NCBI GenBank assembly: GCA_944386715.1
Contig: CALXCD010000003.1
Location: forward strand, 3,294-67,293
Length of the DNA stretch: 64,000 nt
Direction: 5' to 3'
From: an uncultured Clostridia bacterium
GTDB taxonomy: Bacteria; Bacillota; Clostridia; TANB77; CAG-508
A program made the translations under genes and the position numbers. The notes beneath the pieces are model-generated. The model had not been told where the DNA came from and did not search any database. It worked only from the letters and a program-made list of their open reading frames with translations. Each line of letters opens with the position of its first letter. The stretch's first letter is position 1. Of this stretch, positions 36,690-46,092 are shown in pieces.

Positions 36690-37370
36690 ATGGATAAAAA
36701 AAGAAAAATTATTATTTTGATTATTATTTTAATACTTGCTATTGTAATAGGTGCTGTATTCATCTTTTCTTATTTTCAAAATCAAGAAAAGCAAAATGAT
36801 ACAAGTACACAAACGAGTATAAGTAGTTTAAAACCTACTTTATCTAAAATTTATGAAAAAATGTTACAAGGAGAAATTTATACTTTTTCTCTTATATTAG
36901 ATGAGAATAATAAAACAATTACAGCACGAAATGGAGATAATGCTAGGATAGATTTTTATCAAAATGGAGTTCATACAACAGATATCATAAAAGAGGGGGC
37001 AACTTATAGATTAATTCATAATGATAAACAATATTTTGAATATCCTAGTAATACCATAGAACTTACCAATTTATTAAGAAAATTTGAAAGAACAAAAGAA
37101 GATGTAACACCTCAAAAAGGAGAGGAAACAATAGAAGGGAAAAACTATTATTATGAAGAATATAAAGGGACAGCAGAGTTTTTAACACAAGGTAAAGCAG
37201 GAGTAGATTTAACAGAAGCATCCACAAAATTTTATTATGACGATGATTCTTTAATCTATATCAAAACCACAGTAAAAGAAAAAGAAGAATTACTAAAAGT
37301 AGAAATGTCTTATACAACACAAGGAACTTCTTTTGAAATACCATCAGATTATGTAAAAATAGAAGTATAG
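36690..37370 (+). CDS. Membrane-anchored hypothetical protein
   Basis: ORF with a TM anchor inside the ALDH/ADH operon. No family recognised. Confidence 0.55.
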   Translation: MDKKRKIIILIIILILAIVIGAVFIFSYFQNQEKQNDTSTQTSISSLKPTLSKIYEKMLQGEIYTFSLILDENNKTITARNGDNARIDFYQNGVHTTDIIKEGATYRLIHNDKQYFEYPSNTIELTNLLRKFERTKEDVTPQKGEETIEGKNYYYEEYKGTAEFLTQGKAGVDLTEASTKFYYDDDSLIYIKTTVKEKEELLKVEMSYTTQGTSFEIPSDYVKIEV

Positions 37371-37403
37371 ATAATAAAGATAAGAAAGAGGAGGAAAAGC
37401 AAA

Positions 37404-38555
37404 ATGTCAATGAGATTCGTGTTAAATGAAACATCATATTTTGGAAAAGGTGCAAGGGAAGAACTTGCAGGTGAAATTAAAAAAAGAGGATTTGAAAAAG
37501 TTTTTTTAGTAAGTGATAAATCTTTAGTAGATGCAGGAGTAACTGCTAAGGTAGAAAAAGTTTTGGAACAAGCAGATATTCCATATACATTGTATTCAGA
37601 AATCAAACCAAATCCAACCATCGAAAATGTATTAGATGGGGTAGAAGCTTGTAAAAATGCAAGAGCAGACCTTATTGTAGCAGTAGGAGGTGGGTCTAGT
37701 ATAGACACAGCAAAAGGAATTTCTATCATTATGACAAATCCAGATAGAGCAGATGTAAAATCTTTAAATGGAAATTCTAATACCGTAAATAGAGGAATGC
37801 CAATTATTGCTATGCCAACAACAGCTGGAACTGCTGCGGAAGTTACAATTAATTATGTTATAACAGATCCTGATGCAGAAATAAAAATGGTATGTGTAGA
37901 CCCAAATGATATTCCTATTTTAGCAATTATAGATTCTGAATTAATGGCATCTATGCCAAAAAGTTTAGCAGCAGCAACTGGAATGGATGCATTAACACAT
38001 GCAGTAGAAGGATATATCACCTTAGCACATAATGAAATGTCTGATATGTTTCATATGAAGGCTATTAAAATGATTTTTAAATATTTAGCAAAAGCAGTAA
38101 ATGAAAAAGATGAAGAAGCAATAGAAATGATGGGAATGGCTCAATATATTGCCGGAATGGGATTTTCTAATGTAGGACTTGGAATTGTACATTCTATGGC
38201 ACATCAATTAGGAGCTGTTTATGATACACCACATGGAATTGCAAATGCAATGTTGTTGCCAACAGTAATGAAATTTAATGGAGAAGTATGTTATGAAAGA
38301 TTTAGAGATATCTTAAAAGAATTAGGATATCCAGCAGAAAAATATACAAAAGAAGAAGTAATAAAAACATTTGTTGAAAAAATCCAAGGGTTATCTGAAG
38401 AAGTTGGTATTACAACAACAATTAAGGATTATGGAGCAAAAGAAGCAGATTTTGAAATGTTAGCTGATAAAGCAATGAAAGATCCATGTAAACCAGGAAA
38501 TCCAAGAGAAGTGACAAAAGAACAATTTATAGAATTGTTTAGAAAAGCAATGTAA
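37404..38555 (+). CDS. Iron-containing alcohol dehydrogenase (FucO/lactaldehyde reductase-like)
   Basis: Has GGGSSIDTAK, PTTAGTAAEV and a His cluster (HAVEGY...HSMAHQLG...PHG). Confidence 0.9.
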   Translation: MSMRFVLNETSYFGKGAREELAGEIKKRGFEKVFLVSDKSLVDAGVTAKVEKVLEQADIPYTLYSEIKPNPTIENVLDGVEACKNARADLIVAVGGGSSIDTAKGISIIMTNPDRADVKSLNGNSNTVNRGMPIIAMPTTAGTAAEVTINYVITDPDAEIKMVCVDPNDIPILAIIDSELMASMPKSLAAATGMDALTHAVEGYITLAHNEMSDMFHMKAIKMIFKYLAKAVNEKDEEAIEMMGMAQYIAGMGFSNVGLGIVHSMAHQLGAVYDTPHGIANAMLLPTVMKFNGEVCYERFRDILKELGYPAEKYTKEEVIKTFVEKIQGLSEEVGITTTIKDYGAKEADFEMLADKAMKDPCKPGNPREVTKEQFIELFRKAM

Positions 38556-38631
38556 ATAAGTTTCAATGCAAAATGAAAAATAAATATAAGCGGAGCAAAA
38601 ATATTTTGTTCCATTAAATTAAAAAATAGAT

Positions 38632-38717
38632 AAATGTTAATATATTGATATTGATACCTAAAGGTTTAGACGGTAAACTTAAGCAGTTTTTTGGTAAAAT
38701 ATAATATATTAACATTT
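38632..38717. repeat. 15-bp perfect inverted repeat enclosing a 56-nt non-AT core
   Basis: AAATGTTAATATATT at 38632-38646 and AATATATTAACATTT at 38703-38717, followed by a T-run. Confidence 0.6.
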
Positions 38718-38736
38718 TTTTGTAGTATACCTAAAT

Positions 38737-38786
38737 TTGACAAAAAGACAAAAATGAGATAAACTTTAAAAAATGACAAAATGTCA
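38737..38786 (+). promoter_or_regulatory. Promoter (TTGACA-17-TAAACT) and TetR-type dyad TGACA-AAA-TGTCA
   Basis: Hexamers at 38737-38742 and 38760-38765. The dyad is at 38774-38786, directly upstream of a TetR gene. Confidence 0.45.
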
Positions 38787-38805
38787 CAATTAAAGAGAGG
38801 TGTAA

Positions 38806-39408
38806 GTGGTGCCAAAAGAAACCTATTTTCATTTAAAAGAGGAAAAAAGAGAAAAAATAGAAAAGGCTTTGGAAAAAGAATTTGCTAGAGTGTCTTTTGA
38901 AAAAGCTTCTATTAGTAATATTATTGAGGATGCTCAAATTCCAAGGGGGAGTTTTTATCAATATTTTGAAGACAAAGAAGATGCTATTCGATATATTGTA
39001 CAAAAATATATTATGTTAGAACATAAGATGATATATGAAGCGTTGGAAAAAACAAAAGGAGATATATTTCATATGGCTATTTTGGCTTTTGAATATATTG
39101 TTAAAAATGCAACTCAAAAAAAGGAAATGAATTTATATAAAAATATTATGAAAGAAATTAAAAGAAATAATATTAATATTTTTGATGAAAATAAAGAACA
39201 TATAAAGATACAGCAAATAAAGAATATGGTAGATACTAGTAATCTAAATTTGCAGAACGAAAAAGATTTGAAATATATGATGAAGATATTGATAAGTATT
39301 ATTAGGACTACTGGCATAGAGGTTATAGATAATAAAATTTCTGTGGAGCAAGGAAAATTAGATTTAGAAGAACAATTAGAAATTTTAAAACGTGGTATGT
39401 GCAAATGA
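38806..39408 (+). CDS. TetR/AcrR family transcriptional regulator
   Basis: HTH region FEKASISNIIEDAQIPRGSFYQYFEDKEDA. Confidence 0.85.
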   Translation: MVPKETYFHLKEEKREKIEKALEKEFARVSFEKASISNIIEDAQIPRGSFYQYFEDKEDAIRYIVQKYIMLEHKMIYEALEKTKGDIFHMAILAFEYIVKNATQKKEMNLYKNIMKEIKRNNINIFDENKEHIKIQQIKNMVDTSNLNLQNEKDLKYMMKILISIIRTTGIEVIDNKISVEQGKLDLEEQLEILKRGMCK

Positions 39409-39430
39409 TTTTATGCATTTATACATAAGT

Positions 39431-39475
39431 ATTAGGATATTGTTTTTTACACTTTGTGTGTCGCAACCTACGAAA
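39431..39475 (+). repeat. Structured intergenic repeat, copy 3 (5' half only)
   Basis: ATTAGGATATTGTTTTTTACACTTTGTGTGTCGCAACCTACGAAA matches copy 2 almost exactly and then diverges. There is no partner GTAGGTTGC. Confidence 0.6.
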
Positions 39476-39573
39476 GCTAAAAATTAATGAATAAGAATTG
39501 AATAAAAAAGCTATACAAAAAAATTTATCTATGATATAGTAAGAGTAAATATGATAGTAAAGAAGGGAAGAAA

Positions 39574-40107
39574 ATGTTAGAAAATTTTTTGAAAAAATCA
39601 AGTTGGACAGATATTGTTGTATCACTTATTTTTGTTTTATTTGGGGCTATGTTGGTGATGAATCCGGAAATGGTACAAGCAATGATTGCTATTTTATTAG
39701 GTGCTGTATTTATTGCAATGGGAGTCTTTAGATTAATTAATTATTTTGCTTCTGGTAAAATGGATAATTATTCACTAGCGACGGGAATTGTTGCTATGAT
39801 TGTTGGTATTGTTATTATGTTTTGTTCTGGAATTATTTTATCCATATTTAGAATTATTATAGCTATTTGGATTATTTATAGTGGAATTATTAATCTCCAA
39901 ACTACTATTATTTGGAAAGACTTTAAATCTAGGTTGTGGTTATTATCTTTAATTTTATCTATTTTAATGATAATAGCAGGTATTTTTATTTTAGCAAATA
40001 ATGGTGCTATTTTACAAACGATAGGAGTTATGATTATTGCTTATGCAATTATTAATATTATAGAGAATATTATTTTCATGAAAAAAATAGAAAATTATGG
40101 AGATTAG
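39574..40107 (+). CDS. DUF308/HdeD-like polytopic membrane protein
   Basis: Six hydrophobic helices with repeated G-rich helix starts. Size and N-terminus are typical of the HdeD family. Confidence 0.65.
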   Translation: MLENFLKKSSWTDIVVSLIFVLFGAMLVMNPEMVQAMIAILLGAVFIAMGVFRLINYFASGKMDNYSLATGIVAMIVGIVIMFCSGIILSIFRIIIAIWIIYSGIINLQTTIIWKDFKSRLWLLSLILSILMIIAGIFILANNGAILQTIGVMIIAYAIINIIENIIFMKKIENYGD

Positions 40108-40140
40108 TACAAAAGGGAAATAAAGAAAAAGGAGAAAACA

Positions 40141-41862
40141 ATGGAAAGAGATAGTATTAATAAATTAAATGATTTAATAGATAGAATTCCTGTTACAGAT
40201 GATAATAGAGAAGAAATTAAAGAAATTAAGCAAATGTTATCAGAAGGAAATTTTAAAAAAGCTTTAGAAAAAATGAAAGGATTAACATATCAGACACAAG
40301 ATGAAAAGAAAAAAGTAAAAAAGAAAAAAGAAAAGAAGAAAGAAAATGAGTATCCTAGTAAATTGAGTAGTCCAGAATTAGAAGCACAATTTATAGGACT
40401 ATTATTAGAAAATCCTAAATTAATTGTTAGATATCACTTTTTGTATGAAGAATGCTATTTTGAGGATAGCGAGTTATTGAATATTTATAAAAGTGTCATT
40501 TTTACGGAAGGTGCTGCCTATAGTTCAGAGGCTGTGAAAAACGGATTTAATTTTTCTAAGAGTTCTGAAGAAGTTTATCATTTAAAATTAAAATTAAAAG
40601 CAGATGTAGAAGGAAAAAATTATAATATTGAAAAGATATATAGAGAATTGAAAAAATTATTTGTATTAAGAAAAAGCTATTTAGAAATACCAGTAAAAGA
40701 ATTACAAGAAAAAATAGTAGATATTACAGATTATGAGCTATATGACCAGATGTCTGTAGAAGAAGTAGAAAGTGCCATTAATCAAGTAACAGTAACAGGA
40801 AAATTCAAACAATCTGTTTTAAATATGAATCTTACAAGATTTCTGGAAGAGGGAGATAATAATTTAACCAATGGAATTGCATTGCCTTTTCCTGCTTTAA
40901 CAGAAGTTTTTAAAGGTTTAAGAAGAGGAGAAACAATGGCTTTTGCAATGCCTTCTAACTCAGGAAAAAGTAGATTTACTATTAATCTTGCAGCTTATAC
41001 AGCATTTGTACATCAAAAAAAGGTATTAATTATTTCTAATGAAATGTCAGAAGAAAAAATGAAGCTTTGTTTAATTACGACAATTTTAAATAATCCAGAA
41101 ATTCAAAAAATACATGGACAAGTTTTACATAAGACTGAAGGGGAATTGTTAGAATTCAAATTTAGACCTGATGAAGATAAACAGGTAAAAGTAGATGAAG
41201 ATGGATTTGTTGTCCAAGGAGAAGATGAAAATAGAGCTGATTTTATAAAAAGATTAATCAAAGTATCTACAGAGTTTAATAAAACGATTGCTGCAACAGA
41301 ATGGGTTAATAAGCAAATCAATAATGCGATTCATTTTATTAATATTACAGACCATACCAATGATGAGTTGCAAAAGGTTATTATGAATTATTATTATAAG
41401 GAAAAAATAGAATATGTTTTTTATGATACTTTAAAAACAGATACAGCAAATATAGGGATAGGAGAAGAATTAAAAAAGACAGCTACTATTTTATCTAATT
41501 TAGCACAAAACTTTAGTATTTTTATTTGTGCAACTCTACAATTAACAGAAAATTCTACTTTACCAATCAACTTAGACATCAATGATTTAGCTGTTAGTAG
41601 AACGGTAAAAGAAGTTTTAGATACTTTGTGTTTAATGAAAAGAATTGATAATGAAGATTTGAAAGATTATGAGTATTCTTTAAAAGAAGTAGATACAGAA
41701 TTTTTTGATTTAAAGAAGAGCCAGGACCCGGATGTTAGATATTATGCTTGTGTAGTAGATAAGAACAGAGCGGGAGCAAAACCTAAATTAGTTTTTAGAT
41801 TAAATTTGGCATATAACAGTTGGGTGGAATTGGGATATTTGAGATTAAAGTCACAAAAGTAA
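40141..41862 (+). CDS. Divergent DnaB-like helicase paralogue (mobile-element type)
   Basis: DnaB N-domain-like ELEAQFIGLLLENPKLI. P-loop region GETMAFAMPSNSGKSRF. C-terminal VVDKNRAGAKP parallels the KNRNG of DnaB. It has an extra Lys-rich N-terminal extension. Confidence 0.7.
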   Translation: MERDSINKLNDLIDRIPVTDDNREEIKEIKQMLSEGNFKKALEKMKGLTYQTQDEKKKVKKKKEKKKENEYPSKLSSPELEAQFIGLLLENPKLIVRYHFLYEECYFEDSELLNIYKSVIFTEGAAYSSEAVKNGFNFSKSSEEVYHLKLKLKADVEGKNYNIEKIYRELKKLFVLRKSYLEIPVKELQEKIVDITDYELYDQMSVEEVESAINQVTVTGKFKQSVLNMNLTRFLEEGDNNLTNGIALPFPALTEVFKGLRRGETMAFAMPSNSGKSRFTINLAAYTAFVHQKKVLIISNEMSEEKMKLCLITTILNNPEIQKIHGQVLHKTEGELLEFKFRPDEDKQVKVDEDGFVVQGEDENRADFIKRLIKVSTEFNKTIAATEWVNKQINNAIHFINITDHTNDELQKVIMNYYYKEKIEYVFYDTLKTDTANIGIGEELKKTATILSNLAQNFSIFICATLQLTENSTLPINLDINDLAVSRTVKEVLDTLCLMKRIDNEDLKDYEYSLKEVDTEFFDLKKSQDPDVRYYACVVDKNRAGAKPKLVFRLNLAYNSWVELGYLRLKSQK

Positions 41863-41892
41863 ACAAAATAAAACTCTTTTCATATGATTAGT

Positions 41893-41927
41893 ACCTCGTG
41901 TAACCTTAGGTTCCGAGGTCTTTTCTT
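41893..41927 (+). terminator. Terminator after the helicase gene
   Basis: ACCTCG...CGAGGT stem with inner AACC/GGTT pairs, followed by CTTTTCTT. Confidence 0.6.
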
Positions 41928-41946
41928 ACAAAACAGGAGGTAATTA

Positions 41947-42694
41947 CTGGAAAAAGAATTCAAAACAATAGATGAGCAAATAGAATTATTAAAAAACAGA
42001 AATTTACACATAAAAAATTTAGCTATTGCTAGAGAAATATTATCAAACAATAACTATTATTATTTGATAAATGGATATAAAGATGTATTCTTAAATAAAA
42101 ATAGTAGAGAAGAAAAATTCTCTTAAAAATAGAGAGTTAATTCTTAAATTTATAAATGATATTAATCTTGAAATATCCCATCAATATAAAAACGCCAATA
42201 AGATGATTATACATTATTTAGATACATATAGATATATTCCTTTATGGGTATTGATTAGAATTTTATCTTTTGGAAAAGTTTCAAAATTTTATAGTTTTAT
42301 GAAGCAAAAAGAACAAAATAACATAAGTAGAAAATTTAATATACAAAATGAAACGTTAAAAGTATATTTAATAAACCTAGGTAATGTACGAAATATATGT
42401 GCTCATGATGAAAAATTATATGATGTTAGATTAAAAAAGAGAATAAATATTACTGATTATCACAGACAATTAAAATTAACAAGAAAAGATAATAAAACTG
42501 CATATGCGACAAGAGATTTATTTTCTGTAATAATGATATTAAAAATATTGTTAGAAAAAGATGCGTTTAATGAATTTTATCGTAATATTGTAACAAAAAT
42601 AGAAAGATTAGAAACTCAACTTTTTACAATAAAAATAGATAAAGTCTTATATAAGATGGGATTTCCTAAAAATTATAGAAATTTGTTTAAGTGA
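41947..42694 (+). pseudogene. Abi_2 (AbiD/AbiF-like) abortive-infection gene, start codon lost and frameshifted
   Basis: Frame 1 reads LEKEFKTIDEQIELLKNRNLHIKN...NYYYLINGYKD and ends at 42126. Frame 2 is open from 42095 and continues ...YIPLWVLIRILSFGKVSKFY...VRNICAHDEKLYD. The shift lies at an A-run near 42110-42120. CTG stands where an ATG is expected after GGAGG. Confidence 0.7.
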
Positions 42695-42834
42695 AGAAAA
42701 ACTAGAATATGGTCAAGAAAATGTGATAAGTCTAAAAAAAGTTCTTTGAAAAAATAAGATAAGAGCATTTGCTGTCTTATTATCAAAAGCCAAACTCTTT
42801 TCATATTATAGGATAATGAAAGGAGTTTTTATTT

Positions 42835-43524
42835 ATGGATTATGAATTAATGATGAATGGAACTGTTAAAATAGGGCAAAAAGCACCTGATTTTGAAGCA
42901 ATTACTACAATGGGAAATATGGCATTGAATGATTACAGAGGGAAATGGTTAGTACTATTTTCTCATCCGGGAGATTTTACTCCTGTATGTACAACAGAAA
43001 TGATTGCCTTTACAAGAGCACATACATATTTTAAACAAATCAATACAGAACTATTAGGATTAAGTGTAGATAGCAATAGTTCACATTTAGCATGGGTATA
43101 TGATATTTATTGTAAAACAGGTATTCAAATTTCATTTCCTATTATTGCAGATAGAAATGGAGAAATTGCTAGAAAATATGGAATGATAGCAAGTGATATC
43201 AGTAATACGCAAACGGTCAGAAATGTATTTATCATAGATGATAAAGGAATAGTAAGAACGATACTTGTGTACCCAATGAATATTGGAAGATTTGTACCAG
43301 AAATTATTCGAATTGTGCAAGCATTGCAAATGGCAGATTGTAGTGAGGCAATGACAGCTGCTAATTGGATTCCAGGTCAACCAGTTATCATGCCACCACC
43401 TAATACTTTTGCAAAATTGCAACAAAGAAATGAAGAAATTCAGTGTAATGGTAATGGAATTAGTTGGTATTTGAGTTTTAAAGAACCTTGTCAAGAATGT
43501 AAAAAAATAGAAGAAAAAAATTGA
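42835..43524 (+). CDS. Peroxiredoxin (Prx6-like 1-Cys type)
   Basis: Has KAPDFEA...GKWLVLFSHPGDFTPVCTTE. Confidence 0.9.
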   Translation: MDYELMMNGTVKIGQKAPDFEAITTMGNMALNDYRGKWLVLFSHPGDFTPVCTTEMIAFTRAHTYFKQINTELLGLSVDSNSSHLAWVYDIYCKTGIQISFPIIADRNGEIARKYGMIASDISNTQTVRNVFIIDDKGIVRTILVYPMNIGRFVPEIIRIVQALQMADCSEAMTAANWIPGQPVIMPPPNTFAKLQQRNEEIQCNGNGISWYLSFKEPCQECKKIEEKN

Positions 43525-43625
43525 AAAAAATTTCCAAATAAAAAAAGCATAAGAAAATTAAAAAATCACATAATAATAATATGAACCAAAAAGAAAGTTC
43601 AAATCTTTTTTCTTGGAGGTAAACA

Positions 43626-43793
43626 ATGGAAAAAAATCAAAAAATTCATTGTACAGTGGAAAGTTGCACTTATCATAATAAAGATAAAAATTTATGTGTT
43701 TTAGAAGCAATACAAGTAACCCCAATTGCTAACAAAAAAACAATGAAACCAGATGAATCAATGTGTGCAAGTTATGAATATGAGAAGGAATAA
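43626..43793 (+). CDS. DUF1540-like small Cys-rich protein (55 aa, below the ORF-track cutoff)
   Basis: MEKNQKIHCTVESCTYHNKDKNLCVLEAIQV... An SD (GGAGGTAAACA) lies upstream. Confidence 0.6.
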   Translation: MEKNQKIHCTVESCTYHNKDKNLCVLEAIQVTPIANKKTMKPDESMCASYEYEKE

Positions 43794-43885
43794 AATTTCT
43801 TCTCTTTTTTCTTGACATATCTGAAAAATAGAAATACAATAACAAAAGAAACTAGAAAAGTAAAAAATAGGAAGGAAGGATAATT

Positions 43886-44815
43886 ATGTTAGTAACGACA
43901 AAAGAAATGTTTGAAAAATCAATGAAAGAAGGATATGCTATAGGAGCATTTAATGTGAATAATATGGAAATTATACAAGCCATTGTAGATGCTGCAGCAG
44001 AAAGCAAATCACCTGTCATTTTACAAGCATCTTCCAGTGCTATTAAATATGCAAGAATTAATTATTTAATGAAAATGGTACAAGCAGCAGTAGAGGAACA
44101 TCCAGAAGTACCAATTGCTATTCATTTAGACCATGGACCAGATTTTGAAACTGCTAAAATGTGTATTGATAATGGTTTTACATCTGTCATGATAGATGGT
44201 TCTAAATATGATTTTGAAGAAAATGTAGCTTTAACCAAAAAGGTAGTAGATTATGCACATAGTAAAGGTGTTGTTGTAGAGGCAGAACTTGGAAAATTAG
44301 CAGGAATAGAAGATGATGTTAATGTAGAGGCGTCAGATGCTATGTATACAGACCCAGCACAAGCACAAGAATTTGTAGAAAGAACAGGTTGTGATTCTTT
44401 AGCTATTGCCATTGGAACAAGTCATGGAGCATATAAATTTAAAGGAGAAGCTAAATTAAGATTTGATATTTTAAAAGAAATTAAAGAAAGAATTCCAAAT
44501 ACTCCAATCGTTTTACATGGAGCATCTACTGTAATACCAGAATTAGTAGAAATGTGTAATCAATATGGAGGAAATATCCCAGGAGCAAAAGGAGTTCCAG
44601 ATGAAATTTTACATGAGGCAAGTGTTTCAGGGGTATCTAAGATTAATGTGGATACAGATTTAAGATTAGCTATGACAGCAGGAATTAGAAAAGTATTTCA
44701 TGATGACCCTAGTGCATTTGACCCAAGAAAATATTTAACTCCAGCAAGGGATTTAATTAAAGAAACAGTAAAACATAAAATGATAGATGTATTTGGCTCT
44801 AGCAATAAAATATAA
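43886..44815 (+). CDS. fba: Class II fructose-1,6-bisphosphate aldolase
   Basis: Has GAFNVNNME, HLDHG, GTSHGAYKF and LHGAS motifs. Confidence 0.95.
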   Translation: MLVTTKEMFEKSMKEGYAIGAFNVNNMEIIQAIVDAAAESKSPVILQASSSAIKYARINYLMKMVQAAVEEHPEVPIAIHLDHGPDFETAKMCIDNGFTSVMIDGSKYDFEENVALTKKVVDYAHSKGVVVEAELGKLAGIEDDVNVEASDAMYTDPAQAQEFVERTGCDSLAIAIGTSHGAYKFKGEAKLRFDILKEIKERIPNTPIVLHGASTVIPELVEMCNQYGGNIPGAKGVPDEILHEASVSGVSKINVDTDLRLAMTAGIRKVFHDDPSAFDPRKYLTPARDLIKETVKHKMIDVFGSSNKI

Positions 44816-44856
44816 AGTAAAAAACGGCTCAAGAATTTTATTCTTAAGCTGTTTTT

Positions 44857-45318
44857 TTAATACATTTTATTATTATTTTTTAATTGCATGTTAATTTGTT
44901 TTTGAGCATCTTTTTTGGCTAAATCCTGACGTTTGTCATACAATTTTTTACCTTTACCAATACCAAGTTTCAATTTTACAAAACTACCCTTAAAGTATAG
45001 TTCTATGGGAATTAAACTATATCCTTTTTGTTTTATAAGACCTAGTAGTTTATGTATTTCTTTTTTATGGATTAATAATTTTCTATCTCTTAAAGGGTCT
45101 TTATTAAAGATATTTCCATGTTCATAAGGACTAATATGCATTCCATAGATATAAGCTTCTCCATTTTTTATACTAGCATAGGTATCTTTTAAATTTACTT
45201 TTCCCATACGAATAGATTTTATTTCTGTTCCTGATAATACAATTCCCGCTTCTAAAGTATCTTCAATTGTATAATTATGATATGCTGTAGGATTTTTGGC
45301 AATAATTTTTATATTCAT
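44857..45318 (-). CDS. smpB: SsrA-binding protein SmpB
   Basis: Has [29 protein letters not shown] and [12 protein letters not shown]. Confidence 0.95.
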   Translation of the reverse strand: MNIKIIAKNPTAYHNYTIEDTLEAGIVLSGTEIKSIRMGKVNLKDTYASIKNGEAYIYGMHISPYEHGNIFNKDPLRDRKLLIHKKEIHKLLGLIKQKGYSLIPIELYFKGSFVKLKLGIGKGKKLYDKRQDLAKKDAQKQINMQLKNNNKMY

Positions 45319-45404
45319 TTTTAAACTCCTGATTATTTTTTTTTATTATTATAACACAGTAAAATAAAAATGCCAATAGGAACATCCTATTGACATTACA
45401 AGTA

Positions 45405-45866
45405 TTACTCATTATGCGAACTAGCATCTCTTAATTGCATTGAATAATACCAAACAAGAGCTACAATTGCAATAGCAGCAATACCTAGAATAAGCCAAGT
45501 CCAAGCAGTTGCATTCATTCCCATGAAAGTAGCTTGAGTAGTTGCTGTTCTAGTAGCTGTATAATTTCCGTTGTTAGTATCAGCCATCATGGTATTGTTA
45601 TTTGTATCTTTTTTTGTATTATCATTATTGCCATTTTCTCTCATTGTATTTATAGTATCGTTGGTAGCATTTTCCATAGCTCCTGTTGCATTCTTAGAAG
45701 CATCAGAAATATCTTTTACGCCGTTTTCAATAGCATTTTCAGCACCACCTACAACGTTTCTAACGCCATTGGCAGCATCTTGAAGTCCATTGTTTGCGAA
45801 ACAAAATGTAAAAGTAAAGATAATACTTAATAAGACACCTAAACTGATTAATAATTTTCTGTACAT
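45405..45866 (-). CDS. Hypothetical secreted/membrane protein (signal peptide, Asn/Ala-rich repeats, C-terminal TM)
   Basis: ORF with an SD (AGGAGGATAAT). Low-complexity repeats (NA.NG..N). Confidence 0.5.
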   Translation of the reverse strand: MYRKLLISLGVLLSIIFTFTFCFANNGLQDAANGVRNVVGGAENAIENGVKDISDASKNATGAMENATNDTINTMRENGNNDNTKKDTNNNTMMADTNNGNYTATRTATTQATFMGMNATAWTWLILGIAAIAIVALVWYYSMQLRDASSHNE

Positions 45867-46092
45867 AAAATTATCCTCCTATCAAATTTTCAAAGAACTT
45901 ATATATCTATATAAGTAATAAAATGATGACAAAATAAAAATTTTTTCATCATAAAAATACAAAGTTCTATTAATAGTATTTAAAAAATGGGATAAAATAT
46001 ACATGTAAAATTTGAAAAAATCATCAAAAAGCAATAAAAAAACTCTAAAAAATTAGAGTTTTGAAAAATTTTATAAAAATGGATTTTTTTAG

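Noticed and set aside
38632-38717. I considered integron attC-like recombination sites for the long inverted repeats here and at 48387-48468.
   Set aside because: attC sites read RYYYAAC ... GTTRRRY. Here the GTT-containing arm is on the left and the AAC arm on the right on either strand. No integrase and no cassette array is present.
40300-40345. An A-rich tract (AAGAAAAAAGTAAAAAAGAAAAAAGAAAAGAAGAAAGAA) in the helicase gene, considered as a slippage or frameshift site.
   Set aside because: The reading frame runs through it uninterrupted and encodes KKKVKKKKEKKKE. Nothing in this sequence indicates a shift.
44816-44860. I expected ssrA (tmRNA) next to smpB.
   Set aside because: Only a ~40-nt bidirectional terminator separates smpB from fba. 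No GGGG...CCACCA tRNA-like ends occur nearby, so ssrA must be elsewhere in the genome.
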